NCBI GenBank assembly: GCA_964538225.1
Contig: CAZIDW010000001.1
Location: 1-44,949, forward strand
Source: an uncultured Candidatus Peribacteria bacterium
Lineage (GTDB): Bacteria > Patescibacteriota > Gracilibacteria > UM-FILTER-43-11
DNA length: 44,949 bases
Direction of reading: 5' to 3'
Shown here: positions 18,857 to 27,512 of the stretch, piece after piece
How positions within the stretch are numbered: the first letter of the stretch is position 1
Layout of the letters: each line of letters starts with the position of its first letter
The notes under the pieces: generated by a model
Seen by the model: the letters and a program-made list of their open reading frames with translations, nothing else
What the model was told of the DNA's origin: nothing
Databases searched by the model: none
Position numbers and translations under genes: made by a program

Positions 18857-19156
18857 ATGACTTCCTCAAAACCCGATTCTCATATCGCCAAACAGTTTAA
18901 AGCGGTTGTAAAGCGGGATGTGCTCATCGCACTCGTCATTCTCATTCCAGTCGGTTTTATTGTGTACAGCCTGTTTAATTGGCCGGTTATCCGCTTAAAG
19001 GCTTTCGCTTATAACGCGTTTTTACTGTCTGTCGCCTTAGTGGTTATCGGCGTTATTTTGGAATTCGCCAACTGGCGGTGCCCCAAATGCCACCGTTATA
19101 TCGGAATGGTCTACCGTCCGCGTTTCTGCCCGCGGTGCGGAGTGCAGTATCGCTGA
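18857..19156 (+). CDS. membrane protein with C-terminal zinc ribbon, hypothetical
   Basis: Two TM helices, then CPKC-x14-CPRC. Confidence 0.5.
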   Translation: MTSSKPDSHIAKQFKAVVKRDVLIALVILIPVGFIVYSLFNWPVIRLKAFAYNAFLLSVALVVIGVILEFANWRCPKCHRYIGMVYRPRFCPRCGVQYR

Positions 19157-19173
19157 CAGCCCGCCCGAACTGT

Positions 19174-19368
19174 TTAGCCGAGGTGTTTTTTAATCAGGTC
19201 TGCCAGCTCCCTGATGTGGTCCTCTTTGTCTTTTTTCATTTTTTCCCAAAAGGCTTTACAGTCGGAACAGCCCTCTGAGTCGGTCAGGTAATGTTTTTTG
19301 ATGCGCCAAAGGCTTTTATTCTCTTCGACCAGCTGGGACATCAGGTTGTGCGTGTGGTTGTCTAACAT
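19174..19368 (-). CDS. hypothetical small helical protein
   Basis: 64-aa ORF with clean ATG. No family recognised. Confidence 0.4.
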   Translation of the reverse strand: MLDNHTHNLMSQLVEENKSLWRIKKHYLTDSEGCSDCKAFWEKMKKDKEDHIRELADLIKKHLG

Positions 19369-19438
19369 TGTTTTTGAGTTAATTTTTATTTTAATTTATT
19401 TTATCATACATGATTTGATATCCAAAAAACCGGCTAAT

Positions 19439-19485
19439 TCCTTTGCTCAGGCGAACCCAAGGGTTCTCATCCCTCTCTGCCGAAA
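19439..19485. repeat. 47-nt repeat R1 (identical to 20001-20047)
   Basis: TCCTTTGCTCAGGCGAACCCAAGGGTTCTCATCCCTCTCTGCCGAAA, 47/47 identity. Confidence 0.95.
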
Positions 19486-19875
19486 TAAAAAGGCCCCCAT
19501 AAAATGCGAGGTGGTAGGCGCAGGTTTTAAACCTGCGAAAGGAGAAGGGTATTTTATGGGGTAGGAGTAAAATTGAGTGTAGGCTGAAGTAAGCGGTGGA
19601 GCAATGCGCAGACGCTTACAAAAGCCGAAATCCAATTTTACGATGGCTCGGGAGGAGGAAAACATTTGTGATTTGAGATTTGTGATTTCAGATTTATTAA
19701 ATAGTGAGCTCGGAAGAAAACGAGTGAACGTAGCAAGAACCTGAGGCGACATGAAAGGCATTGTGAAGCTTGCGAAGTTAAGCGAGTTTTCTCGAGAGTG
19801 AAAACAATATAGGGAAAAGAGAGTCTGTGAGATAAAAACCGTTAGGTTTGTCTTTTACGAAACATCTCAAAAGCT

Positions 19876-19918
19876 CTGCTCGGGAGGAGGGATATTCTTA
19901 CATTCTCGCCCCATCTTC
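19876..19918 (-). pseudogene. decayed tRNA-Gln copy / att-like tRNA 3'-end fragment
   Basis: 19878-19893 is identical to the 3' acceptor/T-arm of the tRNA at 20091-20165. GTAGCC D-arm-like remnant at 19904-19910. A second 15-nt fragment lies at 19644-19658. Confidence 0.55.
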
Positions 19919-20000
19919 GCCAAGGCTACGATGGGCCTGCGAGGTCGAGCTTCGCAATAGTCGTCTTTTTTCCCCTGAAACAAGTTCAGGGTCAAAGACC

Positions 20001-20047
20001 TCCTTTGCTCAGGCGAACCCAAGGGTTCTCATCCCTCTCTGCCGAAA
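20001..20047. repeat. 47-nt repeat R1' (identical to 19439-19485)
   Basis: Perfect copy, 43 nt downstream of the tRNA-Gln 3' end. Confidence 0.95.
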
Positions 20048-20090
20048 AACAAAAAATTTAACCCCAAACTTCGCTTGGAGCTAAATTTTT

Positions 20091-20165
20091 TGGCTCGGGA
20101 GGAGGGATTCGAACCCCCGAATGCCAGGACCAAAACCTGGTGCCTTACCACTTGGCTACTCCCGA
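20091..20165 (-). tRNA. tRNA-Gln (anticodon UUG), CCA encoded
   Basis: Cloverleaf read by hand. Acceptor TCGGGAG/CTCCCGA, anticodon stem CCAGG/CCTGG with loop TTTTGGT, T-arm GGGGG-TTCGAAT-CCCTC, 3' GCCA. Confidence 0.9.
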
Positions 20166-20280
20166 ATAAAGGATGAAACAGCGTATTTGTTTTAACAAAA
20201 AAAGTCCGGATAGTCAATTGCGCGTCGGTTGGCAATAGGGCTGTAATCCATTAAAATAGGGATACCTTAATAATAAAGGG

Positions 20281-20955
20281 ATGAAGCGATTAATTACTGT
20301 TATCATTGCCTTACTTTTTCTGTCCGCCTGCATGAGCGAGTCGGTCAGTTTTAAAGACAATCAGCGCAAAAAACCCCGTATCCCCAGCGGAAAATCCCTG
20401 CAGGCGAACGCACTGTCCGGTACCAATCATGTGAAAGGGGATTCCGTGAATATAGACCGCCTTGTCGATACCATTGACCAGAACATCAAACAGCCGGTGA
20501 TCATAACAGAAGAAATCGAACGCGGATGGTATTATGGTAAGAAAAACGAGAAAAAAGTCGGCACGCCGGATTCCTGGATATGGCTGGATGAAGGGTTTAA
20601 GTCGCGCTGGATCAGCCCGAATGCCCTGGGTGATATCGGTTATCAGTCAACGGATGACTTATGCCGGTCTACAGGCGGGGTTTACGCGATTTCGTGCCTG
20701 GAGCGGGAAACGTCTGATTGCCAGTTTATTTCTGAAAGCGTGTGTCGGTGCCCCGCTGCTTCGAAATGGGCAGAGAGTCAGGGCTGTATTTTGACTGATG
20801 AATCGGATGAATGGGTCTCCGTGACGCCGGATGATTTGAGGCGGGGGTGGTACGAAGGAGGTGTGCATGAAAAAAAACTCAATACCCCCCTGAGCTGGGT
20901 GTGGGTGGCTGTCGGGGGCGGGGGGCGGTGGCAGAACCCTCGACCGACCGATTAA
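20281..20955 (+). CDS. lipoprotein with internal RGWY-x-G...TP-x-SW-x-W repeat, hypothetical
   Basis: Lipobox LSAC. Two copies of the motif RGWY(Y/E)G..(N/H)EKK(V/L).TP.SW.W. Confidence 0.6.
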   Translation: MKRLITVIIALLFLSACMSESVSFKDNQRKKPRIPSGKSLQANALSGTNHVKGDSVNIDRLVDTIDQNIKQPVIITEEIERGWYYGKKNEKKVGTPDSWIWLDEGFKSRWISPNALGDIGYQSTDDLCRSTGGVYAISCLERETSDCQFISESVCRCPAASKWAESQGCILTDESDEWVSVTPDDLRRGWYEGGVHEKKLNTPLSWVWVAVGGGGRWQNPRPTD

Positions 20956-20994
20956 TATGAATTGAAAAATTAACTTTATATTTAATATAAGCCA

Positions 20995-21103
20995 TTTTAG
21001 GACTATTAGGACAATGGAGATTATTACGAGTATTAGGAATCCAATTAATAAAAAACAGTTCGTAATAGTCTTAAAAGTCCTGAAAGTCTTAATAGTCCTA
21101 AAA
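20995..21103 (+). terminator. long imperfect hairpin downstream of 20281-20955 (terminator-like, no clear T-run)
   Basis: 18-bp outer stem 20995-21012 / 21086-21103 (17 Watson-Crick plus 1 G-U on the plus-strand RNA). Inner ATTACGA/TCGTAAT stem. Confidence 0.45.
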
Positions 21104-21150
21104 GATACGGAAGCGCCATAAACATAAACACCGCACTGTAATAAGCAGAC

Positions 21151-21179
21151 TTGAAAATCTTGCTGTAAAATGTTATAAT
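21151..21179 (+). promoter_or_regulatory. extended -10 promoter (TTGAAA-17-TGtTATAAT)
   Basis: TTGAAA at 21151-21156, TG at 21171-21172, TATAAT at 21174-21179. Confidence 0.55.
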
Positions 21180-21223
21180 ATTCTGATTACTTTTTAACAA
21201 GAATCAGGATTTATAACTTCTTT

Positions 21224-22645
21224 TTGAAATGGTCCGGTTGTCTGTTTTCAGCCTTGTTGTTCACAGGGACTTTTTTTGTTTTTGGTCCGTCGGCGAATGC
21301 TCAGGCCACAAACCAGCTTTCCCGTCCGTACGGCCTGATTGTTCATAATAAAAACCAGGATGAGACCGTTCCGCGCATCAAGGTGCTGGAAGTGATTTTA
21401 AAATATTACGACCGGCATCCTGCTATCCAGCCCGTTGATATGGCTTTTCAAGATATCCCCGAGAATTCCCGGGTGGAGGCTTATGTCCAGGAAGGCTGTG
21501 ATCTGGGTCTGTTTCGCTGTTCAGGAAAATATTTTTTCCCTTACCGTCCTATCAACCAGCATGATTTTCTGAAGTGGTTTTTCCGGCTTAAATATCATAA
21601 AAATCCGGATTTTTTAACCAGCCGTTACCCCAAAATTAAAACCGAAACCCTCCGCTCTTTACGCGAAGCGCGGTATCTGAACCTGTTGACGCAGGACAGG
21701 ATCACGTACCGTTCCCTCCAACAGTTTTTGTACCGCAATGGAGTGGCGGAGGCGAACCTTAATCAGCCGTTTTCATACATACTGACCGTTGATTTTGATG
21801 ATATCAATTTAACGAATTACCACAATCCCAATGAGATCGATGTGATCCAGGGGAATTTAAAACGGATTATTTCTAATCTGGAAGCGAAAAAGAATACCTC
21901 TAAAGAGATCCGTTACCTGAGAAGTTTGAAAAAACAGGTTGATGCTTTTGAGGAGTTAAAACAGGAACTGGCGACCCGCCCTTATATTCTTCATAAACGT
22001 CCTGATCTGGATCCGGCAGTGACCCGCGCCGTCCGGACATACAGCCTGCAGGAAGTGTTATATAGCTATTCTTACGATTACAGCAGGAACGCGGTTTATC
22101 GTCAGCACAATCTTCTGGCTGGCGTCAAAAAAATCCATGGCCGGGTATTCCAGCCGGGTGAGATAATCAATTTCTGGAAAATCCTTACCGAAAAGGGCCT
22201 GTGGGAATTCCGGTACGGCTGGGTGATCGCCGGCGGTGGCGAAGAATGGCAGTTCGGGGGCGGGATCTGCGGTTCGTCCAGCTTGGTTTTTCTGCCTTCC
22301 TGGAAAGCGGGCCTGGAGATCCTTGAGCGCGCCCATCACAGCAAATATTTCACCTACTTGTATCCTATTGAAGATGTTGGCCTGGATGCCACGGTCTACC
22401 GGCCGCGTCCCAATTTAAAAATTCGCAATAATACTCTTCACTCCATTGTCTTTAACGTGGTGGACGACAAGGAAAATAAGACCGTTACGGTGGAAGTAAT
22501 CGGGAATTCTCCTTACAGGGAAATCCGGATCGAAGGCCCGGTTTTTGTGGGCTGGAATCATGTGAAGTGGGTCCGCTACCTTGAGGATTTCAGCGGCAAA
22601 GTCGTCAGTGACATTCTGGAAAGCCGGTACAGCGCTATTTATTGA
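21224..22645 (+). CDS. VanW-domain secreted protein
   Basis: Signal peptide ending ANA-Q. GGGICGSSS...ERAHHS...GLDATVY pattern resembling the VanW domain. TTG start. Confidence 0.7.
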   Translation: MKWSGCLFSALLFTGTFFVFGPSANAQATNQLSRPYGLIVHNKNQDETVPRIKVLEVILKYYDRHPAIQPVDMAFQDIPENSRVEAYVQEGCDLGLFRCSGKYFFPYRPINQHDFLKWFFRLKYHKNPDFLTSRYPKIKTETLRSLREARYLNLLTQDRITYRSLQQFLYRNGVAEANLNQPFSYILTVDFDDINLTNYHNPNEIDVIQGNLKRIISNLEAKKNTSKEIRYLRSLKKQVDAFEELKQELATRPYILHKRPDLDPAVTRAVRTYSLQEVLYSYSYDYSRNAVYRQHNLLAGVKKIHGRVFQPGEIINFWKILTEKGLWEFRYGWVIAGGGEEWQFGGGICGSSSLVFLPSWKAGLEILERAHHSKYFTYLYPIEDVGLDATVYRPRPNLKIRNNTLHSIVFNVVDDKENKTVTVEVIGNSPYREIRIEGPVFVGWNHVKWVRYLEDFSGKVVSDILESRYSAIY

Positions 22646-22725
22646 TTTAAATCCTGCAGGGGCGATTTGTAACTTGCCGGTTTTTTTGCCATAATGCGAA
22701 TCACAAAATACATATTTTTTTTATT

Positions 22726-22905
22726 ATGTTTTTGACTATGTGTAAAAAATTCATTGTCTTATTTCTTTCCATTTTATTTCTTACGGCTTGCGGCTCGGAT
22801 ACAGAGGTGGAATTCCAGCCGCCGGCAACCGGCCCGGATCCTGAAGCTTTCCAGCCGCCTTACGGTCCCAATGATCCGGTTCCCGCGGAACAACCCGCCG
22901 ACTGA
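22726..22905 (+). CDS. small Pro-rich lipoprotein (59 aa), not in ORF track
   Basis: ATG at 22726, lipobox LTAC, stop TGA at 22903, 2 nt before the next start. Confidence 0.5.
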   Translation: MFLTMCKKFIVLFLSILFLTACGSDTEVEFQPPATGPDPEAFQPPYGPNDPVPAEQPAD

Positions 22906-22907
22906 CC

Positions 22908-23606
22908 ATGGCCCTTGTCCGTTTAAACAAATATCTGGCTGACCAGGGAATCGCTTCCCGGCGGGAAGCCGATCGCCTGATTGCGGACGGTCTGATTTCC
23001 GTGAACGGAAATCCCGTGAAGACGATGGGCATCAAAGTCGATCCGGAAAAGGACAAGATAAGTGTTGATAAGAAGGTAGTGGAACGCCGTAAAAATCTGA
23101 TTTACATCGCGCTTAATAAGCCGGCCGGCTATGTGACCTCCGTTAAGCCGACCCGCCTTGAACCTAAAGTCGTTACCGATCTGGTCGACCTTGATGAACG
23201 TGTTTTTCCGGTGGGGCGGCTGGACAAAGACACGACCGGCCTCCTGATCCTTACCAACGACGGGACCCTGACTTACCAGCTCACCCATCCCTCTTCGGAA
23301 TGTGAAAAGGAATATGACGTCAAAGTCGGCAATGTCATCCGTAAAGGTCAGATGGATAAACTGAAAGCCGGGGTGAAATTGTGGGGGGAGAGGACTAAAG
23401 AGACTCAGGTAAAAAAAATAAGTCCGACCCGTTTGCGCATCGTTCTGACTGAGGGTAAGAACCGCCAGATCCGCCGTATCTGCCAGAAAGTCGGGTTTCC
23501 GGTCGTCCGGCTGAAAAGAATACGTATTAAAAATCTCAGCCTCGGTGACCTGCCGGAAGGAGAATGGAGATTTTTAACCGATGATGAAGTGAAGATGTTG
23601 AAGTAG
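22908..23606 (+). CDS. RsuA/RluB-family rRNA pseudouridine synthase
   Basis: S4 domain (RLNKYLADQGIASRREADRLI), catalytic GRLDKDTTGLLILTND, GKNRQIRR. Confidence 0.92.
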   Translation: MALVRLNKYLADQGIASRREADRLIADGLISVNGNPVKTMGIKVDPEKDKISVDKKVVERRKNLIYIALNKPAGYVTSVKPTRLEPKVVTDLVDLDERVFPVGRLDKDTTGLLILTNDGTLTYQLTHPSSECEKEYDVKVGNVIRKGQMDKLKAGVKLWGERTKETQVKKISPTRLRIVLTEGKNRQIRRICQKVGFPVVRLKRIRIKNLSLGDLPEGEWRFLTDDEVKMLK

Positions 23607-23636
23607 TAAATTCCTATACTGTTTACTAAAAACTCT

Positions 23637-23697
23637 AAATTCGAAGTTCGAAACTCTAAAAGTTTTCGAGTTTCGAGTTTAAGACTTCGAATTTTTT
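23637..23697 (+). terminator. intrinsic terminator (long hairpin plus T6)
   Basis: AAATTCGAAGT (23637-23647) pairs perfectly with ACTTCGAATTT (23684-23694). Inner TCGAAACTC/GAGTTTCGA stem. Followed by a T-run. Confidence 0.75.
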
Positions 23698-23729
23698 AGG
23701 TAAAGTAATATCATCACATATAAAGTTTT

Positions 23730-24521
23730 ATGGATCACAAACAATATCTTCTTCGCCGGCTGACCGGCAGTTTGGGAAAGGTCTTAAATTGTGCCATCGA
23801 CAGGATGACCCCCTTTCAGATGTTTGAAGCCTGGCTGGAACGGGAGGGGGTAAAAATCAATGAAAGAAAATTCAGTAAAATCGAATGTTTTGTGGATTTA
23901 CTGATTAAAAAAAATAAAGCCATCAATCTGACCCGCATTGTTTCCGAAGAGGATGTATGGATTAAACACATCTTTGATTCCCTGATCCCTGTCCGATTTC
24001 TGGCATTCAAAAAAGACATGCGGGTCATGGACCTGGGCACGGGCGGCGGCATTCCGGGCATCCCTTTAGCCATCCTTTTTCCTTCCGTTGATTTTGTCCT
24101 GGCCGATTCTGTGCAGAAGAAAACAGAAGCGGTTAAGGAATTCGCCCGCGAACTTAATCTGAGGAATGTGAAGGTTGTAAACGCCCGGGCCGAAACCCTG
24201 GGTAAAGACCCGGCCCACCGGGAACAGTATGACATGGTGCTGGCGCGCGCTCTGGCTCCACTGCCGATTTTGCTTGAATACACGGTTCCTCTTATCCATC
24301 TTTACGGAAATGTAATCGCTTACAAAGGCCCGGATTATGTGGAGGAATTATCGCAGTCCAGAAACGCTATCACTAAACTCAAAGCTGAGCCGCCTAAGAT
24401 CTTTCATTACAAACTGCCGTACAATCGGGGAGGTCGCACTATTATCCAGATCACCAAAAAACAAGTCACACCCGATACCTATCCCCGGCGCGATGGGGTG
24501 CCGAAAAAAAGTCCATTATAG
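23730..24521 (+). CDS. rsmG: 16S rRNA (guanine527-N7)-methyltransferase
   Basis: NLTRI and DLGTGGGIPGIPLAI SAM motifs. Alternative, more typical start at ATG 23805. Confidence 0.88.
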   Translation: MDHKQYLLRRLTGSLGKVLNCAIDRMTPFQMFEAWLEREGVKINERKFSKIECFVDLLIKKNKAINLTRIVSEEDVWIKHIFDSLIPVRFLAFKKDMRVMDLGTGGGIPGIPLAILFPSVDFVLADSVQKKTEAVKEFARELNLRNVKVVNARAETLGKDPAHREQYDMVLARALAPLPILLEYTVPLIHLYGNVIAYKGPDYVEELSQSRNAITKLKAEPPKIFHYKLPYNRGGRTIIQITKKQVTPDTYPRRDGVPKKSPL

Positions 24522-24554
24522 TATTACAATAATTAATAGTATTACAATAATTTC

Positions 24555-25145
24555 ATGTCAAAAGCTTATCAGCCACACGACCACTTCTCTAAAAAGGCCA
24601 AAGAGCAGGGTTATCGGGCCCGCAGTGCGTTTAAACTAAAGGCCATCCAGAATCGTTTTCACTTGATCAAACCGGGGGACCGGGTTCTGGATCTGGGCGC
24701 GGCACCCGGCAGTTTTTTGCAGCTGATCACCCGGCTTATCGGCCCCAAAGGAATAGCGGTCGGTATTGACCTGAAACCGATTGATGACCTGAAACAGCCG
24801 AACGTGACCACGGTTGCCGGTAACATCTTCGATGATTCCGTCTATCAGACGCTTAGTACGGATTTTTTTGACGTAATTACTTCAGACCTTGCCCCTTCCA
24901 CCACCGGCATCAAGAGTCTGGATGCGGGCCGGTCCTTTCAGTTGAATGAAAAAGTCTTGGAAGTCGTCCGGAAGCGCTTAAAACCGGGCGGGCATGCGGT
25001 GATGAAAGCGTTCCCCGGCGCGGACCAGGACCGATTGCTTAAAGAAATGAAAAAACTTTTTAAAACTGTCAAAGTCTTTAAGCCGGAAGCGGTCCGGCGC
25101 TCAAGCCGCGAGGTTTATCTCGTGGGTCTTCATCTGAAAACGTGA
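24555..25145 (+). CDS. rlmE: 23S rRNA 2'-O-ribose methyltransferase RlmE/FtsJ
   Basis: YRARSAFKL, VLDLGAAPGSF and DVITSDLAP motifs. Confidence 0.92.
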   Translation: MSKAYQPHDHFSKKAKEQGYRARSAFKLKAIQNRFHLIKPGDRVLDLGAAPGSFLQLITRLIGPKGIAVGIDLKPIDDLKQPNVTTVAGNIFDDSVYQTLSTDFFDVITSDLAPSTTGIKSLDAGRSFQLNEKVLEVVRKRLKPGGHAVMKAFPGADQDRLLKEMKKLFKTVKVFKPEAVRRSSREVYLVGLHLKT

Positions 25146-25709
25146 TTCAAGAATGTTTTTAATCTGTTTCCGTTCCTTTGGATAGGGGGTATTTTTAAAC
25201 CGTTCCAGCAGTTTTTTCCGCTCTTCCTGAACGGCATCGGTTTTGGCGGCCGTTATATTAAAGGTTTCATTCGGATGACTGGAACGGATCCCGTCCACAT
25301 ACCGTTCCACGTCATCCCGTTCACCGGCCGTGTCGTCGATAAACGCTGCTTTTTTAACTGAAAGTTCTGTCCGCCTCAGGTAATAATCGATGGCTTCGCT
25401 TTTCCGCCTGTTTTCGACCGCGAGCGTTTCGCTGAAGAACACCCGCATCTCCGGATACGCTTCAAAAAAGCGCCCGATCGCTTCATCGTTGTTCCGGGTC
25501 ACCATCACTATTGGAATAGACAGGGCGCGCGCCTGTTCCATTTTGCGGATGGTTTCATCGATTAGCTGGGTTTTTTCAAGCTCCCCATCCGTCAGCCGGG
25601 ATACCGTGCCGTCTAAGATCGTTTCATCCAAATCGACAAACAAGACCTCCGCTTCGACGTCTGTCGAAGATAAGGGGGTCTCCAAATGGGAGGGGTAAAC
25701 ATTTGGCAT
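25101..25709 (-). CDS. HAD-superfamily-like hydrolase
   Basis: DxDxT motif FVDLDETILDG. Later FIDD...D. Its 3' end overlaps the rlmE 3' end by 45 nt. Confidence 0.55.
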   Translation of the reverse strand: MPNVYPSHLETPLSSTDVEAEVLFVDLDETILDGTVSRLTDGELEKTQLIDETIRKMEQARALSIPIVMVTRNNDEAIGRFFEAYPEMRVFFSETLAVENRRKSEAIDYYLRRTELSVKKAAFIDDTAGERDDVERYVDGIRSSHPNETFNITAAKTDAVQEERKKLLERFKNTPYPKERKQIKNILESRFQMKTHEINLAA

Positions 25710-25747
25710 CCACCTTTATTATATCCTTTTTTCAGAAACTGCAAACC

Positions 25748-27349
25748 TCAGTTTTTCAGCGCGGTTTTAATAAAATTTCTGAACAGCGGATGAGGCCTGT
25801 TGGGCCGTGATTTGAATTCCGGATGGAATTGCGAGCCCACCATAAAAGGATGGTCTTTCACCTCTACGATTTCCATCAGCTCCCGATCCGGCGAGATGCC
25901 TGAAAAGACCAGCCCGCCTTTTTCCAGCTGTTTTTTAAATTTGTTATTGAATTCGTATCGGTGACGATGGCGTTCCTCGATGCGTTCAGTCTGGTACGCC
26001 TTGTAGGCTTTGGTGCCTTTTTTGAGTTTGCAGGGCCAGGCACCCAGCCTGAGCGTTCCGCCTTTGGCGCGTTTTTCACTTTGGCCCGGCAGAAAGTGTA
26101 CGATTTTGTTTTTGGCGCGCGGCGAGAATTCTTCCGAAGTGGCGTTTTTGATTCCCGCCACATTCCGCGCGAATTCAATGCTCATGATCTGGGCGCCGAG
26201 GCATAACCCCAGGTAGGGCACCTTTTCCTCGCGGCAGTATTGCGCGACCAGCACTTTTCCCGTGGTCCCGCGGTGCCCGAAACCGCCCGGCACCACTACG
26301 CCATCCACTTTGTGCAGCTTTTTCCATTCCAGCCGGTCTTTGGCTTCGATTTTTTCCGCGTCGATCCAGATGACCTTGGCTTTGCGTTTATGGAAAAAGC
26401 TCGCGGATTTAATGGCTTCGATGACTGAGATATACGCGTCATCCAGGTCATTGTATTTGCCGGCCAGCCCGATGAGGATTTCTTTGTGTTTTGCCATGAT
26501 GTTCTCCACCATCTTTTTCCATCCGGCCATTTTGGGTTTCCGGTATTTCAGGTTAAGCTTTCGGCAGATGGTCTTGACGATGTCGTATTTTTCATAGATG
26601 AGCGGCACTTCGTAGATGGACTGGACGGTTGGGGAAGGGATGACTGCTTCTTTCCCCACATCGCAGAATTTAGAGATTTTAAGCAGATGCTGATTCTGTA
26701 TCTTCTCATCCGCCCGCGGCATGATGATGTCCGGGTGGATCCCCATGCTCTGCAGGGTCTTGACCGATAGCTGGGTGGGTTTGGTCTTCAGTTCATTGGA
26801 GGATTTCAGGAACGGCAGGAGAGTCAGATGGACGAACAGCGTGTTTTCCCTTCCTTCTTCCTGCCGCATCTGCCGCAGGGCTTCTATGAATGGCTGGCCT
26901 TCGATGTCTCCCACGGTCCCGCCGATCTCGCACAGCATGATATCGGCTTTGGCTTTGCGGGCGGCCTGCCGGATGCGCCTTTTGATTTCATCAGTGATAT
27001 GCGGAACAATCTGGATCGTTCCGCCCAGATAGTCACCTTTCCGTTCGCGGTCCAGTACTTTTTGGTATACCTGGCCGGTCGAGGTGCTGCTGAGTTTGTT
27101 TAAGGGAATATCGATAAACCGTTCATAATGCCCCAGGTCCAGGTCTGTTTCTGCGCCGTCATCCGTCACAAACACTTCTCCATGCTGAAACGGGCTCATG
27201 GTGCCGGGATCCACATTCAGGTAGGGGTCCAGTTTTTGGGGGAAGACCGAGTAACCGGACGCTTTCAACAGGTTGCCGATCGACGCGGACGCGATTCCTT
27301 TCCCGAGTGAGGAACAGACTCCTCCGGTGACGAATATGTATTTTGGCAT
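25748..27349 (-). CDS. pyrG: CTP synthase
   Basis: KYIFVTGGVCSSLGKGI, GATase nucleophile GLCLGAQ, HRHRYEFN. Confidence 0.97.
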   Translation of the reverse strand: MPKYIFVTGGVCSSLGKGIASASIGNLLKASGYSVFPQKLDPYLNVDPGTMSPFQHGEVFVTDDGAETDLDLGHYERFIDIPLNKLSSTSTGQVYQKVLDRERKGDYLGGTIQIVPHITDEIKRRIRQAARKAKADIMLCEIGGTVGDIEGQPFIEALRQMRQEEGRENTLFVHLTLLPFLKSSNELKTKPTQLSVKTLQSMGIHPDIIMPRADEKIQNQHLLKISKFCDVGKEAVIPSPTVQSIYEVPLIYEKYDIVKTICRKLNLKYRKPKMAGWKKMVENIMAKHKEILIGLAGKYNDLDDAYISVIEAIKSASFFHKRKAKVIWIDAEKIEAKDRLEWKKLHKVDGVVVPGGFGHRGTTGKVLVAQYCREEKVPYLGLCLGAQIMSIEFARNVAGIKNATSEEFSPRAKNKIVHFLPGQSEKRAKGGTLRLGAWPCKLKKGTKAYKAYQTERIEERHRHRYEFNNKFKKQLEKGGLVFSGISPDRELMEIVEVKDHPFMVGSQFHPEFKSRPNRPHPLFRNFIKTALKN

Positions 27350-27404
27350 TGTGGTTTTAAGGTAAAAAAATTAATTATTTTTTATTATATTTTATGCCTG
27401 GTAT

Positions 27405-27507
27405 CTGACGAAATTTGTAACTGGTAACTCGTAACTTGTAGCGGTACAGTTACCAGTTACAAGTTATGCCCCGAAGGGACAAATTACAAATTTCAAAAAG
27501 GTCAAAT
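27405..27507 (-). repeat. GTAAC nested-palindromic element, copy C (reverse orientation)
   Basis: Its reverse complement aligns with 2575-2680. Contains GCCCCGAAGGGAC, the reverse complement of the mini-hairpin. Confidence 0.85.
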
Positions 27508-27512
27508 ATTTT

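Noticed and set aside
19495-19641. The nested hairpins might belong to RNase P RNA, tmRNA, SRP RNA or 6S RNA.
   Set aside because: No hallmark motif was found on either strand: no GAGGAAAGUCC or ACAGAA for RNase P, no tRNA-like GGUUCGA...CCA end with a tag ORF for tmRNA, and no SRP GGAA/AGCA domain. A covariance-model scan is still needed.
19447-20084. ORF-track ORFs in the tRNA-adjacent tract: 19298-19564, 19447-19761, 19848-20084 and 20029-20235.
   Set aside because: They overlap the perfect 47-nt repeats, the tRNA fragments or the tRNA itself. They have no plausible starts or ribosome-binding sites and encode non-protein-like sequence. The tract is treated as non-coding.
22660-22690. GGGGCGATTTGTAACTTGCCGG downstream of the VanW gene, considered as another GTAAC element copy.
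   Set aside because: Only about 12 nt (ATTTGTAACTTG) are shared, with no palindromic partner arm. That is too short to call a family member.
25101-25145. A 45-nt convergent overlap between the 3' ends of rlmE and the HAD-like gene.
   Set aside because: It is probably just compact gene packing, or a slightly over-extended C-terminus of one ORF. There is no repeat or structure in the overlap.
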